DNA of 64,000 bases, from NCBI GenBank assembly GCA_019828565.1, contig JAHDYR010000038.1, forward strand, positions 140,735 to 204,734, given 5' to 3'. Position numbers and translations under genes: made by a program. The notes under the pieces were generated by a model. The model saw nothing but the letters and a program-made list of their open reading frames with translations. It did no database searches and was not told the DNA's origin. The DNA is from Carpediemonas membranifera BICM (taxonomy: Eukaryota > Protista > Fornicata). Below, in pieces: positions 48,047-56,388 of the stretch. How positions within the stretch are numbered: position 1 is the first letter of the stretch; each line of letters opens with the position of its first letter.

Positions 48047-48960
48047 AAGCATGTCATGAACCCCTGACTCCAGGACCGGGAAGGGATGGACAAGGAATCA
48101 GCCATGGACCACCCTCGCTGGTGCTAAGCTCCTGGGATCAGTGAGGAAAGGCCCCACGTATCCCGGTAGCCAGGAACCAAAGCAAGGGAAGGAACGACTG
48201 CAAGGAAAGAACAGGAAGGACAGACCAGAAATAAGAAAGAAAGGACATGCGACAAGGACAGAGCAAGGATAAGGTCAAGGAAATCCATATTCATATGGTT
48301 GCACCACTCGTTGGGACCCCAAGGAAACTGCAGGGACTGGCCACGGGGGTCGGAGGGGCACAGGTGCCCCTGCCGCCCTTGTTAACGACATGGGAAACCA
48401 AGGACATGTAGTGCAAGCGAAATGTTGTAAGGGGTAACAGGACAACCAGGCCTAGTGCCTGGGGCATGCCGCTGACCCACGCCACCTAACCGGGGTAGAC
48501 AGCATGGACTTAGTCACTTTCCCCGCCTTCGGGTAGGCTTCTTAACAGAGTCGAGGGGGCATGGAATTGGGGAACCGGACAGACGAGAGGGTGCCGTGGC
48601 TGAACGGCTCTACAAGGACTGCAGGGAAGCAAGGAGTGTCATAGTCAAGGTTCTGCAGGACGATCCTGCCTGTCAATGCCCCGAGGACAGACCCCCAGGC
48701 TCCCCGGATAGTTGCCGGACTTTCAGGGAGACAGGAAAGCATATTTGCACGGAGATGGCCGCAGGGCCTCTGGGGCGATTGGAATCGGCTTTCCGCGGAG
48801 ACAGTAGCACCGAAAGCCCAAGGCAAACGCTGCTGACCAGTTTGCCACGGGAAATAGGCAGTACCCCGGGGCACTCAGCTCCAAGACAACGGGAAACAAG
48901 CTCAGTCCGGGGTCAGAATCCAAGCACCATAAATTTCTTTCTTTCTACGCCCTGAAGGGA

Positions 48961-51466
48961 ATGTGTGTCTTGCCCTCGAACAGTACCGCCAACTCCGTGT
49001 CTGCCCACCAGTGGGCTGGTAGCGATGCGTTGACTGTCTCCTGTGCGACTCGGATAAGGCGCAAGTCGATGTTCGTCTGCCTGACTGGGGCGATAACTAG
49101 GATTCCTGACTGTTGTTGACTGGGATGTCTCTCTTCTCGTTGGTCTACGATTGCCTCCAGTCGTTCGGCCACTCGGTCGAGCATGGCCACCGGGGGGACC
49201 GCCATTGACCGGCACTCTGTCCAGTTCGCTGTGAACGCGTCTCTGCAGTAGTCGTAGTCCTGGGGTAAGAACCTTTCGGCCGCGAACAGCGCTCGGTCCA
49301 CTGCTCCCCACCTCTCTATCGCAGCTGCCAGCAGGGCTGCTGGCATGGCCCAATCGAGCTTCTTGTACCTCGACAGAGCATCGGCCGTTGTGTTGAATAC
49401 ACCTGCGATATGTTTGACTCTCAAGCGGCAACCGTTGGCATGCAGGAAGTCGTGTAGGTCGGCGATCTCCCCGGCGAATGTGGGCTGGGGCCTTCGTCGA
49501 ACTCTTCGCAACCCACGCGAGTGACGAGGTGTTGTCTCCCGCGATCAGGACATCTCTGTCTCGGATCACATGTGCCCAGTGTCGCAGCGCCGTGGTTATG
49601 GCCCTCGTCTCTTTGCAGTTGATCGACTTGTGTATGAATGACTGCTTGAACCGGCCCTGGATCTCCATCCTCTCGCTGTCTGTCCATATTGTCGCGCCGT
49701 AAGCTACGTCCGAGGCGTCTGTCTCGACCCTGATCTCCGGTCGCGGTGACCCCTGCATTGCGTACTGCGGGTCTGTCGCGATCACACGCGCCCACCATCT
49801 GAGGTCTGTGCGGGCGTCTCGGAGCATGGAGGCTCTCGTAAATCGCTGACTCGGCGCAGTCACCATTAACTGGAGTTCTCTCAGTCGAGGAAGCGTTCTT
49901 GCTCCTACTGCGAATCTGGCGAAAAGGAGTTTGCCAATGAGTCGCTGGAGTTCTATCTTCGTTGTTCTTCGTTCTTTGAGCACCTGATCGATCATTCTTC
50001 TCAGCTCCACGCGCTTGTCGTTCGGAAGAGACATTGTGTTCTTGCGCGTATCGATAACTATTCCCAGGTACTCGATTCGTCGTGTCGGTGTAAGAACGCA
50101 CTTGTTTCTCGAGATTATCATTCCTAGCCGCTCCATTATCTTCAGGACTTCGGGCATCTTTCGTGCTAGCTCTTGCTGTGATGGGTCGGCGAACAACAGG
50201 TCGTCTAGGTAGACGAACACTGTGAGAGAGCTCTCGGCGGATGATCTTCGCCGCCTGCGCCGTGATCGATTGAAATGCTTCCGGGGCCGTGTTGAGGCCG
50301 AAAGGAAGCGCGTTCCAGCGGTACGTGTTCCCTTCGTGCTGGAAGCCTAGCCATTTCCGACCCGTCTGTTCGACCAGGACTTGGTAATATCCGCTCTTCA
50401 GGTCCACGCTGGCGAGCCACGCCCCCTTGGTCAGTGCATTCGCTATCTCGGTCAATCCCTTCAGTCGGAATCGCCTGGTTGTCTGGTACCAGTTCACCGG
50501 CCTCAGGTCGTGGATGAGGCGCCAGTCTATGTGGTTCTTCTTCAGCGTCATGAAGATTGGGCAGACTTGCGCTACCTCTGTCGGTGCACACTGCTCCACT
50601 GCTTGCAGCTCCATTAGCTCGTTGATTGTGTCTGTGATCGGGCCCTGTGACCCGTTGGGCGACGAGTTCGTCGTCTGCCCGTCCTGTACTGGGACTCCCC
50701 TGCCGGAGTAAGTCCACGACACTCGTGCTGGCCCCCATGGCCTCCCCACTCTTTCCACGCTCGACTCATTGAGCCAACCACGTGTGTCCGTTGACCTGGA
50801 CCAGAGACGGGCTGAGCGTCGGACAATAGGTGCCATGTGTCCTGGCTTGTTTCGCTTCTTGCTTGCTCTTGTGACATTCTTCTCTGTATTCAAAACGTAG
50901 ACGGTGCCTTTTTATATCTGAGGATGGCATAACCTCACTTGGGCAACTACTGCTGCCCCGGGGCCGCATTGCGGTTGCCCGAGGCTTTCTGGAATCTGTG
51001 GTTGTTGTATCCGTGGTTTCGGAAGGGACGCTTGGCGAACCGGTGTGATGTGTGAGCCCGCGTGGCAGGGATGGCCTTCTTGGCCTTGGCGGCGACCTTG
51101 ACGAGGTCCTTGACGTTGGATATGTCCTCGGCGGTGACGATAAAGTAGGCGGCCGCTTCTTCGTTGGCAGAGTCGAGGACTCGGAGGAACTCGAGGCGCT
51201 TTTCAACGGCAAGATTAATGGCTGTGGTTATGTCAGCAATCGTCTCCTTGCTGGGGTCAGCCAGGATTGACTTGATTTCTCCGTGTAGGGCGCGCAGGTG
51301 TTGGAATTCTTTGAGCACTGCTGGGATTTTTGGTGGGTTTGCGTACATCCTCAGCATTCGTGCGGACATCGTCAAGATTCTCGCTCAGTGATGCTATTGT
51401 AGCAGCCTGTGACCGCACCAGGGCCTCCAGGCTCTCCAGTGTCACGGGGGGCTGTGCGTCGCCCAT
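48961..51466 (-). pseudogene. gag and RT-RNaseH-MT of family-1 unit 1 (several 1-2 nt indels, cut by the LINE)
   Basis: Same sequence as unit 2 except homopolymer/dinucleotide indels (about 49470, 50225, 50700). Confidence 0.85.
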
Positions 51467-52059
51467 CTTCTCGGAACTACCGGGGAATGGGGTTTTAACC
51501 CCTTGGTAAAATTGGTCTGAACTGGACCGTAGATTTGATTCGAATATTTGGTCAATATTCGATCTCTCTCGAATATTTGTACCAGATGGCCGGTAGTCCA
51601 TCTGGGCCTGTACCACGCCCCGAGGCGTACTTACGCATCGCGTCTACGACGGTATGCCGACTTGCAGTCGACTACGGTCGAAGTCTCCAATTGATGTATC
51701 CCGCCATCATATAATAAAAATTTTCTCTTCAGAAATTATTTCTCTGGTCTCCTGTGCCTCCCAGCATGCCATTGATGCCCATCTCTCAGGCACATATTTT
51801 CACAGCCTGATAGTCATTCTTTGTGCGCGGTTTTGGCCATTTCCATCGCCGGCATTTTCTCACTCTCTCCGGCCAATTCTTCGATAGTCTTCGATATATC
51901 GATCTTATTAACCATTAGTGACAATCTGCTGCGGTTTCTCCTTTCTCCCGCCTTATCTTCTGCTCTCTATCATGTCTTTAACTCTTACATGGCCTATTGT
52001 ACAGTCTAATGGGGCCTTATGCAATCATATTCTATGTATTATCCGTCTTTCTCGTCCTT

Positions 52060-55000
52060 CTACACCCAAGCGCTCGTGGAGAGGCGCACGGCTTCACTGA
52101 CGTAGGTCTGCATCGAGTCGAGCTGTTTCCAGCCCCCGATTGCTTGGATCACTGCTGGGGCTACACCTAGCTTCATCATGTGGACTGCGCCTCCTCTCCG
52201 GAATGAGTGGCCCGACGCGCGCAGCACCTCCTCTAGGTCCATGGACATCTCCCATCTTCTCCAAGGGTGGTCTCTGTTCATCAGGGAGGACCTGTTGTCC
52301 TTGATCAGCGCGTCCCTGGCCTCGAATGAGCGCCACAGGGGTCCTTCATCTGGGAGGTTTTCCCTATGTCTCGCAAGCCAGTCTGCCGGGTTGTCGTCTC
52401 CGGGGACGTTAGGGACCAGCTTTAGCATGGGTTCATCCGATGTCTTGGAGCGTCGTATGGTGATGGTGATGTCCCTGCCGTGTCGTTCGACGTCTGATGT
52501 TGAGAGCCCCCGTATCTCCCCCGACCGAGATATTGTCGCGAACCCGACCAGCCCGAAAGCTATTGCTTGAGTCAATGCTGGTGTGGCGCTCTTGCCTGCT
52601 TGCACCGCGGCCTGTGACAGGGTCTCCCTGGCTATTGGCCATGCTTTCCCTGTTCGACGCTGGCTTGACGTTGGGCACCTTCCAGCCAATCTGCCACAGG
52701 CCTTGATCAGGGCCCGGTGGAGTGGTGGGCATTCTATGGGTTCGCCCAATGCGGTCATTCCATCTCTGATGTTTGCCTCCTTCGTTAGCAGTGAGTCTTT
52801 GGCGAGGAAGGGCACCTCCCCTATCATGTACCATAGCAGTGTGTCGTCATCGTCCCCCGCGATTGCCACCTCCTCGAACTCTTGCACCCACTTCTGGTCA
52901 TGGATTTTCTCGTGGGCTTGTCGTACGATCTCCCATGCAGCTTCCCGTGGGGTTGGTGCCGGGTCGTCATTTTGTCCGAGGTAGGCCTCGAAGTCCGAGT
53001 CATCTGGTTCTCTGGTCATGTTGCGGAAGAATGTGAACTTTGCGGTCTCTGTTGCAATTCGATCACGCGTCACCTTCTCGAGGCGGAGCAGGAGCGGGCT
53101 GGACGCGACCTTTCTCTCGACGTCCTCGTTCTTAGGACGGCTAGCCCGGGACCATATTATCTGCGTTCTGGTTCTGTCGGGTGTCACGCCTGCGGCTCTT
53201 AGTGCTCGGTGTCGCGCTTGCACTGCTGATGCTGATAGGAAGATTCCGAGGCTGACGTCGTCACCGGGACCCAGTACGCCCTGAAGGGAATGTGTGTCTT
53301 GCCCTCGAACAGTACCGCCAACTCCGTGTCTGCCCACCAGTGGGCTGGTAGCGATGCGTTGACTGTCTCCTGTGCGACTCGGATAAGGCGCAAGTCGATG
53401 TTCGTCTGCCTGACTGGGGCGATAACTAGGATTCCTGACTGTTGTTGACTGGGATGTCTCTCTTCTCGTTGGTCTACGATTGCCTCCAGTCGTTCGGCCA
53501 CTCGGTCGAGCATGGCCACCGGGGGGACCGCCATTGACCGGCACTCTGTCCAGTTCGCTGTGAACGCGTCTCTGCAGTAGTCGTAGTCCTGGGGTAAGAA
53601 CCTTTCGGCCGCGAACAGCGCTCGGTCCACTGCTCCCCACCTCTCTATCGCAGCTGCCAGCAGGGCTGCTGGCATGGCCCAATCGAGCTTCTTGTACCTC
53701 GACAGAGCATCGGCCGTTGTGTTGAATACACCTGCGATATGTTTGACTCTCAAGCGGCAACCGTTGGCATGCAGGAAGTCGTGTAGGTCGGCGATCTCCC
53801 GGCGAATGTGGGCTGGGGCCTTCGTCGAACTCTTCGCAACCCACGCGAGTGACGAGGTGTTGTCTCCCGCGATCAGGACATCTCTGTCTCGGATCACATG
53901 TGCCCAGTGTCGCAGCGCCGTGGTTATGGCCCTCGTCTCTTTGCAGTTGATCGACTTGTGTATGAATGACTGCTTGAACCGGCCCTGGATCTCCATCCTC
54001 TCGCTGTCTGTCCATATTGTCGCGCCGTAAGCTACGTCCGAGGCGTCTGTCTCGACCCTGATCTCCGGTCGCGGTGACCCCTGCATTGCGTACTGCGGGT
54101 CTGTCGCGATCACACGCGCCCACCATCTGAGGTCTGTGCGGGCGTCTCGGAGCATGGAGGCTCTCGTAAATCGCTGACTCGGCGCAGTCACCATTAACTG
54201 GAGTTCTCTCAGTCGAGGAAGCGTTCTTGCTCCTACTGCGAATCTGGCGAAAAGGAGTTTGCCAATGAGTCGCTGGAGTTCTATCTTCGTTGTTCTTCGT
54301 TCTTTGAGCACCTGATCGATCATTCTTCTCAGCTCCACGCGCTTGTCGTTCGGAAGAGACATTGTGTTCTTGCGCGTATCGATAACTATTCCCAGGTACT
54401 CGATTCGTCGTGTCGGTGTAAGAACGCACTTGTTTCTCGAGATTATCATTCCTAGCCGCTCCATTATCTTCAGGACTTCGGGCATCTTTCGTGCTAGCTC
54501 TTGCTGTGATGGGTCGGCGAACAACAGGTCGTCTAGGTAGACGAACACTGTGAGAGAGAGCTCTCGGCGGATGATCTTCGCCGCCTGCGCCGTGATCGAT
54601 TGAAATGCTTCCGGGGCCGTGTTGAGGCCGAAAGGAAGCGCGTTCCAGCGGTACGTGTTCCCTTCGTGCTGGAAGCCTAGCCATTTCCGACCCGTCTGTT
54701 CGACCAGGACTTGGTAATATCCGCTCTTCAGGTCCACGCTGGCGAGCCACGCCCCCTTGGTCAGTGCATTCGCTATCTCGGTCAATCCCTTCAGTCGGAA
54801 TCGCCTGGTTGTCTGGTACCAGTTCACCGGCCTCAGGTCGTGGATGAGGCGCCAGTCTATGTGGTTCTTCTTCAGCGTCATGAAGATTGGGCAGACTTGC
54901 GCTACCTCTGTCGGTGCACACTGCTCCACTGCTTGCAGCTCCATTAGCTCGTTGATTGTGTCTGTGATCGGGCCCTGTGACCCGTTGGGCGACGAGTTCG

Positions 55001-55206
55001 TCGTCTGCCCGTCCTGTACTGGGACTCCCTGCCGGAGTAAGTCCACGACACTCGTGCTGGCCCCCATGGCCTCCCCACTCTTTCCACGCTCGACTCATTG
55101 AGCCAACCACGTGTGTCCGTTGACCTGGACCAGAGACGGGCTGAGCGTCGGACAATAGGTGCCATGTGTCCTGGCTTGTTTCGCTTCTTGCTTGCTCTTG
55201 TGACAT
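52060..55206 (-). CDS. Tyrosine recombinase ORF of family-1 unit 2 (1048 aa; N-terminal two thirds overlap the RT ORF)
   Basis: Catalytic R-K-H-x-x-R-W-Y set (TISRSGEI, SKT, HSFRRG, GGW, TY) in the C-terminal part. Confidence 0.88.
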   Translation of the reverse strand: MSQEQARSETSQDTWHLLSDAQPVSGPGQRTHVVGSMSRAWKEWGGHGGQHECRGLTPAGSPSTGRADDELVAQRVTGPDHRHNQRANGAASSGAVCTDRGSASLPNLHDAEEEPHRLAPHPRPEAGELVPDNQAIPTEGIDRDSECTDQGGVARQRGPEERILPSPGRTDGSEMARLPARREHVPLERASFRPQHGPGSISIDHGAGGEDHPPRALSHSVRLPRRPVVRRPITARASTKDARSPEDNGAARNDNLEKQVRSYTDTTNRVPGNSYRYAQEHNVSSERQARGAEKNDRSGAQRTKNNEDRTPATHWQTPFRQIRSRSKNASSTERTPVNGDCAESAIYESLHAPRRPHRPQMVGACDRDRPAVRNAGVTATGDQGRDRRLGRSLRRDNMDRQREDGDPGPVQAVIHTQVDQLQRDEGHNHGAATLGTCDPRQRCPDRGRQHLVTRVGCEEFDEGPSPHSPGDRRPTRLPACQRLPLESQTYRRCIQHNGRCSVEVQEARLGHASSPAGSCDREVGSSGPSAVRGRKVLTPGLRLLQRRVHSELDRVPVNGGPPGGHARPSGRTTGGNRRPTRRETSQSTTVRNPSYRPSQADEHRLAPYPSRTGDSQRIATSPLVGRHGVGGTVRGQDTHSLQGVLGPGDDVSLGIFLSASAVQARHRALRAAGVTPDRTRTQIIWSRASRPKNEDVERKVASSPLLLRLEKVTRDRIATETAKFTFFRNMTREPDDSDFEAYLGQNDDPAPTPREAAWEIVRQAHEKIHDQKWVQEFEEVAIAGDDDDTLLWYMIGEVPFLAKDSLLTKEANIRDGMTALGEPIECPPLHRALIKACGRLAGRCPTSSQRRTGKAWPIARETLSQAAVQAGKSATPALTQAIAFGLVGFATISRSGEIRGLSTSDVERHGRDITITIRRSKTSDEPMLKLVPNVPGDDNPADWLARHRENLPDEGPLWRSFEARDALIKDNRSSLMNRDHPWRRWEMSMDLEEVLRASGHSFRRGGAVHMMKLGVAPAVIQAIGGWKQLDSMQTYVSEAVRLSTSAWV
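53199..55067 (-). CDS. DIRS-type reverse transcriptase - RNase H - DNA adenine methyltransferase-like polyprotein (family-1 unit 2)
   Basis: RT: CPIFMTLKK, WRLIHDLR, VDLKSGYYQ, LPFGLNTAPEAF, VYLDDLL, IEYLG. RH: ETDAS, INCKETRA, GDNTSS, NTTADALSR. MT-like: DWAM...RWG..DRALFA...DAFTANW...AVPP...ILVIAP. Confidence 0.92.
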   Translation of the reverse strand: MGASTSVVDLLRQGVPVQDGQTTNSSPNGSQGPITDTINELMELQAVEQCAPTEVAQVCPIFMTLKKNHIDWRLIHDLRPVNWYQTTRRFRLKGLTEIANALTKGAWLASVDLKSGYYQVLVEQTGRKWLGFQHEGNTYRWNALPFGLNTAPEAFQSITAQAAKIIRRELSLTVFVYLDDLLFADPSQQELARKMPEVLKIMERLGMIISRNKCVLTPTRRIEYLGIVIDTRKNTMSLPNDKRVELRRMIDQVLKERRTTKIELQRLIGKLLFARFAVGARTLPRLRELQLMVTAPSQRFTRASMLRDARTDLRWWARVIATDPQYAMQGSPRPEIRVETDASDVAYGATIWTDSERMEIQGRFKQSFIHKSINCKETRAITTALRHWAHVIRDRDVLIAGDNTSSLAWVAKSSTKAPAHIRREIADLHDFLHANGCRLRVKHIAGVFNTTADALSRYKKLDWAMPAALLAAAIERWGAVDRALFAAERFLPQDYDYCRDAFTANWTECRSMAVPPVAMLDRVAERLEAIVDQREERHPSQQQSGILVIAPVRQTNIDLRLIRVAQETVNASLPAHWWADTELAVLFEGKTHIPFRAYWVPVTTSASESSYQHQQCKRDTEH

Positions 55207-55275
55207 TCTTCTCTGTATTCAAAACGTAGACGGTGCCTTTTTATATCTGAGGATGGCATAACCTCACTTGGGCAA

Positions 55276-55795
55276 CTACTGCTGCCCCGGGGCCGCATTG
55301 CGGTTGCCCGAGGCTTTCTGGAATCTGTGGTTGTTGTATCCGTGGTTTCGGAAGGGACGCTTGGCGAACCGGTGTGATGTGTGAGCCCGCGTGGCAGGGA
55401 TGGCCTTCTTGGCCTTGGCGGCGACCTTGACGAGGTCCTTGACGTTGGATATGTCCTCGGCGGTGACGATAAAGTAGGCGGCCGCTTCTTCGTTGGCAGA
55501 GTCGAGGACTCGGAGGAACTCGAGGCGCTTTTCAACGGCAAGATTAATGGCTGTGGTTATGTCAGCAATCGTCTCCTTGCTGGGGTCAGCCAGGATTGAC
55601 TTGATTTCTCCGTGTAGGGCGCGCAGGTGTTGGAATTCTTTGAGCACTGCTGGGATTTTTGGTGGGTTTGCGTACATCCTCAGCATTCGTGCGGACATCG
55701 TCAAGATTCTCGCTCAGTGATGCTATTGTAGCAGCCTGTGACCGCACCAGGGCCTCCAGGCTCTCCAGTGTCACGGGGGGCTGTGCGTCGCCCAT
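55276..55795 (-). CDS. gag-like ORF of family-1 unit 2 (split across two frames)
   Basis: MGDAQPPVTLESLEALVRSQAATIASL coiled-coil start, then ...PAVLKEFQHLRALH...KRLEFLRVLD... with a basic tail in the +1 frame; first ORF after repeat A. Confidence 0.55.
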
Positions 55796-56388
55796 CTTCT
55801 CGGAACTACCGGGGAATGGGGTTTTAACCCCTTGGTAAAATTGGTCTGAACTGGACCGTAGATTTGATTCGAATATTTGGTCAATATTCGATCTCTCTCG
55901 AATATTTGTACCAGATGGCCGGTAGTCCATCTGGGCCTGTACCACGCCCCGAGGCGTACTTACGCATCGCGTCTACGACGGTATGCCGACTTGCAGTCGA
56001 CTACGGTCGAAGTCTCCAATTGATGTATCCCGCCATCATATAATAAAAATTTTCTCTTCAGAAATTATTTCTCTGGTCTCCTGTGCCTCCCAGCATGCCA
56101 TTGATGCCCATCTCTCAGGCACATATTTTCACAGCCTGATAGTCATTCTTTGTGCGCGGTTTTGGCCATTTCCATCGCCGGCATTTTCTCACTCTCTCCG
56201 GCCAATTCTTCGATAGTCTTCGATATATCGATCTTATTAACCATTAGTGACAATCTGCTGCGGTTTCTCCTTTCTCCCGCCTTATCTTCTGCTCTCTATC
56301 ATGTCTTTAACTCTTACATGGCCTATTGTACAGTCTAATGGGGCCTTATGCAATCATATTCTATGTATTATCCGTCTTTCTCGTCCTT

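Larger units (their letters stand above)
40293..48945 (+). mobile_element. Full-length-looking APE-type non-LTR retrotransposon (LINE), 8653 bp
   Basis: Flanked by a 15-bp TSD tacgccctgaaggga (40278-40292 and 48946-48960) that is single-copy in the uninterrupted units. 3' (TTTC)3 tail, two ORFs and a strongly purine-rich sense strand. Confidence 0.93.

Noticed and set aside
51659-52060. DIRS-1-type inverted terminal repeats and internal complementary region
   Set aside because: No reverse complement of the termini found by eye; the repeats are direct.
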